Assembly (NCBI GenBank): GCA_035759665.1
Contig: DASTUM010000128.1
Location: forward strand, 1 to 48,128
Source: Micavibrio sp.
Lineage (GTDB): Bacteria > Pseudomonadota > Alphaproteobacteria > Micavibrionales > Micavibrionaceae
Direction of reading: 5' to 3'
Length of the DNA: 48,128 nt
Part shown: one piece after another, positions 1-9,930 of the stretch
Layout of the letters: every line of letters starts with the position of its first letter
Position numbering within the stretch: the stretch's first letter is position 1
Notes under the pieces: model-generated
The model's input: only the letters and a program-made list of their open reading frames with translations
The model's database searches: none
Told to the model about the DNA's origin: nothing
Program-made: the position numbers and the translations under genes

Positions 1-480
1 ATTCTCATGGGCGGCGTCCTCGAAAGTTTTGGCCAGCATATCATAGCGCGTTTCCAGCCCGCTCTTGTTGAGAAAGATGTTCTCATCGAAAAGAATGTTC
101 ATAAAATAGCGGGTTTTTTCCTTCAGGTTTGTAAAACAACCCCGATCGGAATCGACCATGGTCATTCTCTGCGCCGAGGGCAGCACACCGGATTCATTGC
201 GGTGGGTCCTGTGAGTCTCAATTAGTTCGAGCAACGTCTCCAGGAACGACAGGCAATTGCCGATTATCCGGATATCACGGTCGAGTTCCTTTTTCTTCAT
301 ATCGGAAAGAATACGGCCTATGTCCTGCGGCGTTCCATAAGGGGAAAAGCTCTGAACCTCGTATTGAAGCAGGTCGAGAGAATCGCCCTCCACAGCCCTG
401 CGGGCATTTTGTTCCGCTTTTTCTAGAAGCTCCTGCTGGGCGTTCAGGCTGCGCACATAATCAAGAAGCTTTTTTTCCAT
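1..480 (-). CDS. hypothetical protein (C-terminus runs off the window start)
   Basis: The minus-strand frame is open from ATG at 478-480 to the window edge, with an in-frame TAA four codons upstream. The translation MEKKLLDYVRSLNAQQELLEKAEQNARRAVEGD... has balanced K/E/L-rich composition. It is absent from the ORF track because no stop lies in the window. No family recognised. Confidence 0.5.
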   Translation of the reverse strand, partial: MEKKLLDYVRSLNAQQELLEKAEQNARRAVEGDSLDLLQYEVQSFSPYGTPQDIGRILSDMKKKELDRDIRIIGNCLSFLETLLELIETHRTHRNESGVLPSAQRMTMVDSDRGCFTNLKEKTRYFMNILFDENIFLNKSGLETRYDMLAKTFEDAAHEN

Positions 481-517
481 GCTTCTGATTAAAATAAAGT
501 TTACGTTATGTCCATAA

Positions 518-2449
518 TTAATTCTTTAAGGCGCCGATATCTTTATATAAATCAAGGGATTCAGGATTGGCCAGCGCCTCGATATTTTTGATTTTGCGTC
601 CGTGAATGATATCGCGCACTGCCAATTCGGTGATCTTGCCGGATTTAGTGCGGGGGATATCGGCAATCTGGATGATCCGGGCCGGTACATGCCGCGGCGA
701 GGCACCATTCCGAATTTGTTTCTTAAGCTTTTCGGCCAGAACGTCATCGAGCTGTACGCCCGGCTTCAGCCGCACGAACAGAATGATGCGCACATCCCCT
801 TCCCAGTCTTGCCCTACGGCGATGCTCTCGACAACTTCGGGAATCTGTTCGACCTGGCGATAGATTTCCGCCGTGCCTATCCGTACGCCGCCCGGATTGA
901 GCGTAGCGTCCGAGCGTCCGTGGATGATAAGGCCGTTATGCGGCGTACGTTCGATCCAGTCCCCATGACACCAGACATTTTCAAAACGCCCGAAATAGGC
1001 TGCCTTGTACTTCTCGCCGTTCGTATCGTTCCAGAACATGACGGGCATGGACGGGAACGGCTTCGTACAGACAAGTTCACCCGATCCAGCGCCTGCGGGG
1101 ATCGGTTTTCCATCGTCGTCGAACACGTCGACGGCCATGCCTAGCCCCGGCCCCTGAATTTCCCCGCGATAGACGGAGCTAATTGGATTACCAAGCACGA
1201 AGCAGGAAACGATATCTGTCCCGCCGGAAATGGAGGCGAGGTGTAAATCCTTCTTTATATGGGAATAGACGAAGTCGAAGGATTCATGAACGAGCGGCGA
1301 GCCCGTCGAACAAACGACTTTCAAATCCGATAAATCATAATCCCGTCCTGGGTTCAGACCGTTCACTTTCAAGGCATCTATATATTTGGCGGAGGTTCCG
1401 AAAAGCATGGCTTTGTGCTTCGACGTATAGTCCCACAACACATTTCCATCGGGGTAAAAAGGCGATCCGTCAAACAGCAAAAGCGTCGCGCCCGACGCCA
1501 GGCCGGAGATCAGCCAGTTCCACATCATCCAGCCGCAAGTGGTAAAGTAAAATATCCCGTCCCCATATTTTATATCTGTCTGAAGCTGATGTTCTTTCAT
1601 ATGCTGAAGCAGCGTACCGCCATGGCCATGGACGATGCATTTTGGTATGCCCGTCGTGCCCGAAGAGAACATTATAAAAAGCGGATGATTGAAATCCACG
1701 CGTTCGAACGTCATGTCGGCAGCGGGCGCAAACGACGTACAAAGCGTGACGTTCGGCAAAAACGACGTATCGGGCTGTTCCTGCGTAAAGGGCACAACGA
1801 CGATTTGTTCAAGCCCTTTCAGATGCGGATGTACGTCCTTAACCTTCTGCAAACAGTCGATGATCTTGCCGTTATAGTAATAGCCGTCCACCGCCACGAG
1901 GATTTTCGGTTCGATCTGGCCGAAGCGGTCGATCAGCCCTTGCACACCGAAATCCGGCGAGGCGGAAGAGAAGATAGCACCCAACGACGAGGCGGCGAGG
2001 CAGGCGATAATCGTTTCAGGCATATTGGGCATGTACGCAGCGACGCGATCACCTTTTTTTATACCCCATGCCTTGAATTGCGCCTGCCAGCGGCCGACTT
2101 CGGCAAAAAGACCGGCGAAGCTCAGTGTGCGTTCGCGCCCCGGCTCATTCCGGAAGATAATGGCGGGCGCATCGTCGCGGCGTTTTAAAAGATTTTCGGC
2201 GTAGTTGATCTTTGCTTCGGGATAGAATTGCGCCCCCGGCATCTTATTGCCGTTTTTAAGGATGGTTTTTCTCTTTTCCCCGATAATTCCGGTGAAATCC
2301 CACACGGAATCCCAGAATTTTTCCGGATTTTCGACGCTCCATCGCCAGAACGCGTCATAATCGAGCCTTTCATGGCCGAGTTTCTTCATAAAGGCTGCGA
2401 GCTGCGTCTTTTCCGGCGAAGAGGGCGCCCAAAGAAGCTTATCCGACAT
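518..2449 (-). CDS. acetoacetate--CoA ligase (acetoacetyl-CoA synthetase)
   Basis: Long ORF 518..2494. The N-terminus MSDKLLWAPS..FWRWSVENPEKFWDSVWDF and the AMP-binding signatures FSSGTTGIPKCIVH and IPRTKSGKITE match the acetoacetyl-CoA synthetase branch of acyl-CoA synthetases. I placed the start at the second Met (2449); 2494 is also possible. Confidence 0.9.
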   Translation of the reverse strand: MSDKLLWAPSSPEKTQLAAFMKKLGHERLDYDAFWRWSVENPEKFWDSVWDFTGIIGEKRKTILKNGNKMPGAQFYPEAKINYAENLLKRRDDAPAIIFRNEPGRERTLSFAGLFAEVGRWQAQFKAWGIKKGDRVAAYMPNMPETIIACLAASSLGAIFSSASPDFGVQGLIDRFGQIEPKILVAVDGYYYNGKIIDCLQKVKDVHPHLKGLEQIVVVPFTQEQPDTSFLPNVTLCTSFAPAADMTFERVDFNHPLFIMFSSGTTGIPKCIVHGHGGTLLQHMKEHQLQTDIKYGDGIFYFTTCGWMMWNWLISGLASGATLLLFDGSPFYPDGNVLWDYTSKHKAMLFGTSAKYIDALKVNGLNPGRDYDLSDLKVVCSTGSPLVHESFDFVYSHIKKDLHLASISGGTDIVSCFVLGNPISSVYRGEIQGPGLGMAVDVFDDDGKPIPAGAGSGELVCTKPFPSMPVMFWNDTNGEKYKAAYFGRFENVWCHGDWIERTPHNGLIIHGRSDATLNPGGVRIGTAEIYRQVEQIPEVVESIAVGQDWEGDVRIILFVRLKPGVQLDDVLAEKLKKQIRNGASPRHVPARIIQIADIPRTKSGKITELAVRDIIHGRKIKNIEALANPESLDLYKDIGALKN

Positions 2450-2570
2450 GATTTTATCCTGTGCACTGGATGGGAATGAAGATCCGGCCGTCATAATAAA
2501 TCCTTTTTTATCCGTAGCATAGAGATAGACTTGAAGCCTACTTAGGCTAGATTACTTTGGTAACGAAATC

Positions 2571-4700
2571 GTGAAGGCGGATATGTTTCACAAACTGATT
2601 TTGGCTCTCGGCTTTCTGGCACTGGTTGTTTCTTTATTTTCAAACACTTCGCCCGCCTTGGCCGCCCCCGCACAAGAACATAACGTAGCGATCCGCCTCC
2701 TCCCCGAAAAAACGACAGTTAAAAGCGGCGATACGATTACGGTCGGGATTCAGCAGCAGATCCGCCCCGGCTGGCATACTTACTGGTTTAATCCCGGCGA
2801 TTCCGGCGCCATCATCCGCATAAAATGGTCGGGAGCAGAGGACATCGAAACGAAGGCGATTCAGTGGCCAATCCCGCATCGCCTGCCCATGGGGCCCTTG
2901 GTCAATTTCGGCTATGAGGACGAAGTGACGCTGCTCCAGGACATCACGCTCCCGGAAGTCAGCGGCGAGCCGCAAACGATCACGGCCGATATCGAAATCC
3001 TCGTCTGCAACGAGATCTGCATCCCCGAGAACCTGACGGAATCTTTCACCATCAACGGCGACGAAGAACCCGTACCGGCTGCCGTAGAGATGGCGCGCAC
3101 CAAACTTCCGATCGACATGGGATGGCAATCCGTGATGTCGGAGTCGGGCAAAAACCTGATTGTCACCGTTGCCACCGACACGCCGAACGCCTTTAACAAA
3201 TTGAAATCCATCGAGCTCTATCCCGAAGAATGGGGCCTGATTTCCAATCCCGACAAAACATCGGCGAAAAAAGATGAAGGGCATCTGATTCTCACGCACA
3301 AGCGCGGCGAACGCGATTTGTCGGACGCGCCGATCTCCAATCTCGTTATCGTTTATGAAGACGCGGCGGGCGCGCGCAAGGCCGTGCGGGTTTCGGGAGC
3401 GACCGGCGACGCGGTTTTCGCACATAAAAACTCGATCACTCAGGAAACGGGCGGATTCGTAAAGGCGATCTTCTTCGCCTTTCTCGGTGGCCTGATTTTG
3501 AACCTTATGCCATGCGTGTTCCCCGTGCTATCGATGAAGGCGCTGAGCCTTGTCAAACTGAAGGATAAAGACCTCGCCAAGGCGCGTATGAACGGCATTG
3601 CCTACACAGTCGGAATCCTTGCCTGCTTTACGGTGATTGCGGGAATTTTGCTGCTTCTCAAGGCCGGCGGTGCACAGGTCGGATGGGGATTCCAGTTGCA
3701 GCACCCGGCGATTATCCTCTTCCTCGCCTATCTGTTCTTCATCCTCGGCCTCAACCTGATCGGCTTTTTCGAGATCAATTTCAAATTCGTCAATGCGGGG
3801 CAATCGCTCACGCAAAAGACCGGCATGACGGGATCGTTCTTTACAGGCGTTCTCGCAACGCTGGTAGCAACGCCATGCACCGCGCCCTTTATGGGCGTAG
3901 CCATGGGATACGCCCTGACCCAGCCCGCTTTGCTCTCCCTCATGATCTTTCTTGCGCTCGGCTTCGGGCTGGCGCTGCCATATCTTGCTCTCACCTTCTC
4001 TCCGGCCCTGCGTCATATTCTGCCGAAGCCGGGGGCATGGATGGGAATTTTTAAACAATTCCTCGCTTTTCCGATGTTCGCATCGGCCTGCTGGCTGCTC
4101 TGGGTTCTGTCACAGCAAATCACGCATATGGGCGAATTGTTCGCGCTGTTCGGAATGCTCACCATCGCGCTCGGCGTATGGCTCGCGAGCAGGCAGCCGG
4201 CAAAAAAATGGGGGCGCCTGATCGTTCTTGCTTTGGCCTTTTTGTCCTTTGGCTTTGCGCTGTCGACCTTCTTCACCATCCGGCAGGAGGAATCCGAAGC
4301 TAGCCGAGCCGCGCTGGAAGCCGAAGACAACTGGGAAGGTTTCACCCGTGCGAAACTGGACGGTTACCTGAAAGGCAACGATCCCATATTCGTCAATATG
4401 ACGGCGGCGTGGTGCATCACCTGCAAAGTGAACGAGAAGGTCGCGCTCGCCACCGATTCGACACGCGAAATCTTTGAAAAGAATAATGTCCGCTATCTCA
4501 AGGGAGACTGGACGAATCAGAATCCTGAAATCACAAATTTCCTGGAAGAGTATGGACGCAGCGGCGTGCCCATCTATGTTTACTATGGCCCGCGAGTGAA
4601 GAGCGGGGCAAGGCCGGAACCGGTCATTCTGCCCCAGATACTGACGCCGGGCATCGTCCAGGATACGATCAACCCAACGCATGGAGAACATGACCAATGA
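2571..4700 (+). CDS. DsbD-family protein-disulfide reductase (ScsB-like: N-terminal periplasmic domain, CcdA-type membrane core, C-terminal thioredoxin)
   Basis: 709-aa ORF with a signal peptide (..SPALA/AP). The N-terminal domain carries GWHTYW and LVCNEICIPE. The central multi-TM core has LNLMPCVFPVL and ATPCTAPF motifs. The C-terminal thioredoxin fold has WCITC. The start is GTG at 2571; ATG at 2583 is an alternative. Confidence 0.85.
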   Translation: MKADMFHKLILALGFLALVVSLFSNTSPALAAPAQEHNVAIRLLPEKTTVKSGDTITVGIQQQIRPGWHTYWFNPGDSGAIIRIKWSGAEDIETKAIQWPIPHRLPMGPLVNFGYEDEVTLLQDITLPEVSGEPQTITADIEILVCNEICIPENLTESFTINGDEEPVPAAVEMARTKLPIDMGWQSVMSESGKNLIVTVATDTPNAFNKLKSIELYPEEWGLISNPDKTSAKKDEGHLILTHKRGERDLSDAPISNLVIVYEDAAGARKAVRVSGATGDAVFAHKNSITQETGGFVKAIFFAFLGGLILNLMPCVFPVLSMKALSLVKLKDKDLAKARMNGIAYTVGILACFTVIAGILLLLKAGGAQVGWGFQLQHPAIILFLAYLFFILGLNLIGFFEINFKFVNAGQSLTQKTGMTGSFFTGVLATLVATPCTAPFMGVAMGYALTQPALLSLMIFLALGFGLALPYLALTFSPALRHILPKPGAWMGIFKQFLAFPMFASACWLLWVLSQQITHMGELFALFGMLTIALGVWLASRQPAKKWGRLIVLALAFLSFGFALSTFFTIRQEESEASRAALEAEDNWEGFTRAKLDGYLKGNDPIFVNMTAAWCITCKVNEKVALATDSTREIFEKNNVRYLKGDWTNQNPEITNFLEEYGRSGVPIYVYYGPRVKSGARPEPVILPQILTPGIVQDTINPTHGEHDQ

Positions 4701-5305
4701 TAAAGACCCTTTTTCTCGGCGCCCTCGCCGTTCTCGCGCTGAACGCAGCGCCCGCCTTCGCCGCTCCTGAAATCGGCAAAGCCGCGCCGGCGTTCACGGC
4801 AACCGATTCCAAAGGAAACGAGCACAAGCTCTCCGATTACAAAGGCAAGATCGTCGTCCTCGAATGGAACAACCCCGAATGCCCGTATGTGAAAAAGCAT
4901 TACGACGCGGGGAACATGCAAAAACTCCAGGAAGAAGAAACCGCCAAAGGCGTCGTCTGGCTCACCGTCAATTCCGGCGCGGAAGGCAAGCAGGGCCACC
5001 TGACGGGCGACGCCGCCAACGCCTACATCGCGGAAAAGGGCGCCAAGCAGACGGCCTATCTGATCGACAGCAAAGGCGAGGTCGGCAAGGCCTATGAGGC
5101 CAAAACCACGCCGCATATGTTCGTGATCGATAAAGAAGGCAACCTCGTTTACGAAGGCGCGATCGACGACAATGATAGCGCCAACCCCGCCGATGCCGCC
5201 ACGGCCAAAAATTACGTGACCGCCGCCATCGACGCCCTTGAAACGGGCAAGACGGTTGAAACGTCGAAGACCAAACCCTACGGCTGCGGCGTAAAATATA
5301 AATAA
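4697..5305 (+). CDS. periplasmic thioredoxin-fold (AhpC/TSA-redoxin family) protein
   Basis: 202-aa ORF whose ATG overlaps the upstream stop (ATGA). It has a signal peptide ending AFA/AP. Redoxin motifs are APAFTATDSKG..., LEWNNPECPYVKKHY and a C-terminal KPYGCGVKY. Confidence 0.8.
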   Translation: MIKTLFLGALAVLALNAAPAFAAPEIGKAAPAFTATDSKGNEHKLSDYKGKIVVLEWNNPECPYVKKHYDAGNMQKLQEEETAKGVVWLTVNSGAEGKQGHLTGDAANAYIAEKGAKQTAYLIDSKGEVGKAYEAKTTPHMFVIDKEGNLVYEGAIDDNDSANPADAATAKNYVTAAIDALETGKTVETSKTKPYGCGVKYK

Positions 5306-5342
5306 AATTCAAACAAGAACGAACCCTTCTGGAATTATTCAG

Positions 5343-5372
5343 GCCCCGTTTTTTAAACGGGGCTTTTGTTTC
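5343..5372 (+). terminator. rho-independent terminator after the dsbD-like/redoxin pair
   Basis: GCCCCGTTT-ttt-AAACGGGGC stem-loop followed by TTTTGTTTC, 38 nt after the stop at 5305. Confidence 0.7.
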
Positions 5373-5771
5373 TGAATACAACCATACGCGTACTGAGCTA
5401 CGGTTTGGCGTCTAATCAAAAAAGGAAGGCATTAATGATAAAAGCGCTTTATTTTATAACGATATTGGCATGCTTCTCCGCTTTACCTGCCTATTCGGAA
5501 TAATGGACAAAACCTACTCATGCTCCTTGACGGCGATTTAATAGAATCAAAAGTCGGTCTTTTTGATCCCGAAAGCATTTGAACCGGCGGGCCTAAAGGC
5601 CCATCTTGAAGACAGGCCGTGTGGTTGCACGCTTAATTCTCAATATTCAAGCCGTTCGCGACTAGGCTCGCGACTCCAACCACGAATATGGTCCCTGTTT
5701 TTCATTTTGTGCTATGAAAAAGGGTGTGATTCGGCTTATCATATAAGAGAGTTCTTCATAACGGTTCCCCC

Positions 5772-7697
5772 ATGTCTGCCAGCCGCCCTTTGAAAATACA
5801 ACAACCGCTCCGCGTGCAAGCCGAAAGCCTTGCAGACGACAAGATCGCGCGTCTGGTTCTAAGCCTTGGCGGGGCGGTGATCTACGCCAATGCGGCCTTC
5901 GAGGATTTCGCCGGGATGGCGGCCAAGGGCCTCGATTTTACGGAGATCGCCCGCTTTGCCGAACCGGACGACGCGTTCCGCGGATCGCCAATGATGATCG
6001 CACAGGAAGATTCCCTGTTCGCCGCCATGCGTTCAGGTCTGCATGAGATCGTTTTTCCGGCGAGCGGCGAACGTCTGGAAATGCAGTTCGATCTCGTCAC
6101 CGCCCGCGACGGCGAACGCTATGTCATCGCCTCCGCGCTCGAACAGGATGAGGGCTTCAGCCAGACGGTCGAAAAGATCATCAACCGCGAAACGCCGGAA
6201 GAAGAAAAGACTCTGCGTCATTTTCTCGATCTCTCCAGCGACCTGCTCGCAGTTTCCGGCGTGAGCGGCGCGTTCGAAAGCGTCAACGAACAATTCACCG
6301 ACCTTCTCGGTTTTTCCTCGCACGATTTGATAGGCCGCACCTTTCTGGATCTCGTCCATCCCGACGACCGTGCGACCGTCCGCACGGCGATGCAGGGTTT
6401 GCTGCACGAGAAATCACAGACCATCGATTTCGAATGCCGCCTGATTTCCAACCAGGCCAGAAGCTACTGGATGGACTGGAAGCACAAGAAGGCGGACGGC
6501 AGGATTTACAGCGCCGGTCGCGATATCACATCCATCAAGAAACACGAACAGGTTCTGCAAAGCCGCGAGCGGCAGCTTTCCGAAGCCGAGGCTATCGGCC
6601 ATATGGGCCACTGGCACTGGACGATGGATCATCAGGACATCCGTTTTTCGGATGAAATCTACCGTATGTTCGGCGTCGATTCCGAGAGTTTCCACCCGAC
6701 GCTCGATTCCGTCAACGCCATGCTCCACCGCCGCGATGCGGGCCGGATGATGCAGGCGTTCCAGCGCGCCATCATCGCGCAGAACGACCATGAAATAGAC
6801 TTTCGCATCATTCGCCCGGACGGCGAAATCCGTCATGTACGCTGCATGGGCCGCTGCGAGTTCGATCCTTCCGGCGACGTCACGGGGCTTTACGGCATCA
6901 TGCAGGATGTCACCGAAACGATGCAGCATGAACGCGCCCTGCTGGAAGCCAAGGAGTCCGCCGAGCGCGCTTATTCGGCCAAATCTCAGTTTCTCGCCAA
7001 TATGAGTCACGAGTTGCGTACGCCGCTCAATGCCATCATCGGATTCTCCGAGATGATGCAGCAGCAATTGCTCGGGCCGATCGGCAACGAACGTTATCTC
7101 GACTACATCAAGGGCATCAGGGAAAGCGGCGAGCATCTGCTTGACCTTATTACCGACATTCTCGATATGTCGAAAATCGAGGCCGGAAAATACGAACTCG
7201 ATCTGGGAGAACTCAATGTCGCAAAGGTACTCCGCCTCGCCGTTCATATGATCGAGGGCCGCGCCGCGGAACAGGGCATCCGGGTTTCGGTAAAAATCCC
7301 GGACGAGGCTATACAGATCGTCGCCGATCGCCGCGCCGTCATGCAGATCGCGCTCAATCTTCTTTCCAACGCCGTGAAATTCAGCCACCAGAACGGCGTC
7401 GTCGATATCGAATGCCTCGGCAAGGGCGATCACATCATGATTCGTGTCCAAGACACCGGCATTGGCATTCCTGCGCACAAGCTCTCCACCGTCACCAACC
7501 CGTTCGAACAGGCGGAAAGCCAGTATACGCGCAGCCATGAAGGATCGGGCCTCGGCCTTTCGATCACGAAGGAACTCACCGAACTTCATGGTGGCAGCCT
7601 TCACATTGAATCCAAACTGAACGTGGGAACCACGGTAACGATCCGCCTGCCGATGGACGCGCATCATTCGCGCAGCGGCACTCACGGCAATGCCTGA
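5772..7697 (+). CDS. soluble multi-PAS sensor histidine kinase
   Basis: 641-aa ORF with no obvious TM helix. It has two to three PAS/PAC-like blocks (e.g. GRDITSIKKHE, GIMQDVTETMQHE). The HisKA H-box is SHELRTPLNAIIGFSEMM. HATPase_c has N/G boxes (LLSNAVKF, DTGIGIP, GSGLGLSI). Confidence 0.9.
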   Translation: MSASRPLKIQQPLRVQAESLADDKIARLVLSLGGAVIYANAAFEDFAGMAAKGLDFTEIARFAEPDDAFRGSPMMIAQEDSLFAAMRSGLHEIVFPASGERLEMQFDLVTARDGERYVIASALEQDEGFSQTVEKIINRETPEEEKTLRHFLDLSSDLLAVSGVSGAFESVNEQFTDLLGFSSHDLIGRTFLDLVHPDDRATVRTAMQGLLHEKSQTIDFECRLISNQARSYWMDWKHKKADGRIYSAGRDITSIKKHEQVLQSRERQLSEAEAIGHMGHWHWTMDHQDIRFSDEIYRMFGVDSESFHPTLDSVNAMLHRRDAGRMMQAFQRAIIAQNDHEIDFRIIRPDGEIRHVRCMGRCEFDPSGDVTGLYGIMQDVTETMQHERALLEAKESAERAYSAKSQFLANMSHELRTPLNAIIGFSEMMQQQLLGPIGNERYLDYIKGIRESGEHLLDLITDILDMSKIEAGKYELDLGELNVAKVLRLAVHMIEGRAAEQGIRVSVKIPDEAIQIVADRRAVMQIALNLLSNAVKFSHQNGVVDIECLGKGDHIMIRVQDTGIGIPAHKLSTVTNPFEQAESQYTRSHEGSGLGLSITKELTELHGGSLHIESKLNVGTTVTIRLPMDAHHSRSGTHGNA

Positions 7698-8952
7698 CAT
7701 TATTTCCTGTGGAATTGACTTTGGAACATCCAACTCCACGGCAGCAGTCTCCATGCCGCAGGGAAAAATGCTCGTGCCTCTTGAAGGGGGAAAAACCACC
7801 CTGCCTAGCGCGATTTTTTTTGTGAACAAATCAACGCCTGTTTTTGGACGCGAAGCGATCTCTTCCTATCTACAGCATGAGGACGGGCGCCTTCTGCGCG
7901 GCCTTAAAAAAATTCTCGGCACGTCTTTGATGGAAGACAAAACCAGCATCAACGGAAAATGGATGCCTTTTACAGAGGTTCTAAAAACATTTATCGATCA
8001 TCTAAAAACACAGGCCGATACGTTTTCGGATAAGGAAATCAAGCATGTCGTCATGGGGCGACCTGTATATTTTCACGACGGCGATGAAAACGCCGACAAG
8101 CTATCCCAGGATACGCTTGAAACAATTGCAAAGGCTTCAGGTTTTAAACATGTTGAATTTCTTTACGAACCCATTGCCGCAGCATTTTCCCATGAAAGTA
8201 ATGTCGAGGAAGAGAAATTGTCCCTTGTAATCGATCTTGGTGGCGGAACGTCTGATTTTACCGTTATCAGGATTTCCCGAAATCGCATGAACAAGCCCGA
8301 TCGGAAGAACGACATTCTTGCAACCACCGGGGTGCGCATTGGAGGCACTACATTCGATTATCGCCTCAGTTTGAAAAATTTCATGCCGCAGCTTGGACTG
8401 GGCAGTCTTTACCGTGATACGTTCGATAAGAATAAATTACTGCCCGCCCCCGCGGGCGCATACCACCGCTTGTCGGATTGGGCTATGGTAAACTTCGCGC
8501 AGACAAAAAAAGCGCTCGATGAAACCGTTGCGATCAGGCGAAAATCAGTTGAAGCGGAAAAAATGGAAAAGCTTTACAAGCTTCAGAAGGAACAACTGGG
8601 TCATGCGCTTCTGGAGCAGGTTGAAAAATCAAAAATCGCACTTTCTAAATTCACGGAACATGAGGCTGTCTTTAAAGCCATCGATTGCCTATTCAGCGTT
8701 ACAAGGTACGACTTCGAAACCGCCATTCACGAAGACGTCGAAAGGATATTTCTTTCCGTTAAGGAATGTCTTTCGCAGGCCGGGGTTACGCAAGAGGATA
8801 TCGAATTGATTATTCTGACTGGCGGGTCGACCGAACTTCCTGTTATCAACGGGATGGTGCAATCAATGTTTCCCAAAGCGGCTCTGTCACAAGGAAACAA
8901 GCTGGATAGCGTCGGACTGGGGCTAGCGTACCGCGCAGGGGCCATATTTTAG
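7690..8952 (+). CDS. Hsp70-family ATPase (YegD-like putative chaperone)
   Basis: 420-aa ORF whose start overlaps the kinase stop by 8 nt. Actin/Hsp70 phosphate-1 motif CGIDFGTSNS, plus DLGGGTSDF and ILTGGSTELP motifs. It lacks the DnaK substrate-binding domain. Confidence 0.8.
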   Translation: MPDIISCGIDFGTSNSTAAVSMPQGKMLVPLEGGKTTLPSAIFFVNKSTPVFGREAISSYLQHEDGRLLRGLKKILGTSLMEDKTSINGKWMPFTEVLKTFIDHLKTQADTFSDKEIKHVVMGRPVYFHDGDENADKLSQDTLETIAKASGFKHVEFLYEPIAAAFSHESNVEEEKLSLVIDLGGGTSDFTVIRISRNRMNKPDRKNDILATTGVRIGGTTFDYRLSLKNFMPQLGLGSLYRDTFDKNKLLPAPAGAYHRLSDWAMVNFAQTKKALDETVAIRRKSVEAEKMEKLYKLQKEQLGHALLEQVEKSKIALSKFTEHEAVFKAIDCLFSVTRYDFETAIHEDVERIFLSVKECLSQAGVTQEDIELIILTGGSTELPVINGMVQSMFPKAALSQGNKLDSVGLGLAYRAGAIF

Positions 8953-9881
8953 CCCTCTGCCCCCGTGCCGGCGGGCAGATAACTTTCCATCTGATGCGAT
9001 CGTTCAGCGGCAAGGCAGGCATCGATGCCTTTCTTATAGTCGGGATATTTCAACAGTACGCCCAGCTCGCGTTTGATGCGGTTGTTGGCGACGCGTTTGT
9101 TGTCGTTGTAGAAGCTGCGGGTGATCGGGGCCATGTCGGCCTCGTTATAAGGAATAAGCGGCGGCGGCGTCAGGCCTAGCACTTCGCAGGCATAGGTGAT
9201 GACTTCCCAGCTTGGCACCGGGTCGTCGTCGGCGAGATTGTAGACCGCGCCCGGATTGGGTTTTTCCATCGAGGCCAGCAGCACCTGAACGATATCCTCG
9301 ACATGGATGCGGTTGAACACCTGCCCCGGCTTGTTGATCCGGCGGGCGACGCCGGCGCGCACCGAATCCAGCGCGCTGCGCCCAGGCCCGTAAATACCGG
9401 CGAGGCGGAAAATGTGAACGGGAAGGCCGTAGCCCTGCAACAAAGACAGCCATTCCTCCTCCGCCCGGACGCGCCGCGAACCGCGGCGGGAGTTGGGGCG
9501 GATTTCCGAATATTCGTCGACGATGCCGCCGTTACGGTCGCCATACACGCCGATGGTGGAAAGATAGCCAACCCATTGCAGGGTCGGAATGCGGATGATA
9601 TCCGCGGCATGCATGTTGAATGTGGGGTCGCCCGTATCGTCCGGCGGTGTGGAGATCAAAAGATGGGTCGTGCCGTCGAGGATGAAATAAGGATCGCTGA
9701 GCGGATGTTCATAGTCGAAAAGATGGGCCTTCACGCCGCGGGAGCGTAAGAAGGCCCTTTTGTCGGGATCGCGGGTCGTGCCGCCGATCGTCCATCCCCC
9801 CCGCGCCATTAGTTCATGGGCGAGGTGGTCGCAGGTATAGCCATACCCGAAACAGAATAATTTTTTATTACCTTGAACCAA
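8949..9881 (-). CDS. NAD(P)-binding SDR/epimerase-family oxidoreductase
   Basis: 310-aa ORF with a Rossmann-like N-terminus KKLFCFGYGYT. HVEDIV and YNLADD blocks are typical of atypical SDR/NmrA-like epimerases. The apparent start is TTG. Confidence 0.7.
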   Translation of the reverse strand: MVQGNKKLFCFGYGYTCDHLAHELMARGGWTIGGTTRDPDKRAFLRSRGVKAHLFDYEHPLSDPYFILDGTTHLLISTPPDDTGDPTFNMHAADIIRIPTLQWVGYLSTIGVYGDRNGGIVDEYSEIRPNSRRGSRRVRAEEEWLSLLQGYGLPVHIFRLAGIYGPGRSALDSVRAGVARRINKPGQVFNRIHVEDIVQVLLASMEKPNPGAVYNLADDDPVPSWEVITYACEVLGLTPPPLIPYNEADMAPITRSFYNDNKRVANNRIKRELGVLLKYPDYKKGIDACLAAERSHQMESYLPAGTGAEG

Positions 9882-9930
9882 TCACACACCTATTTCGGTT
9901 TATTGTTATTCTTGTCCGGTTCGGGGACGT

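Noticed and set aside
5563-5793. A 76-aa plus-strand ORF in the leader before the histidine kinase.
   Set aside because: It has no Shine-Dalgarno and a Ser/Arg/Cys/Leu-rich composition, and it runs into the kinase start in another frame. It is probably non-coding.
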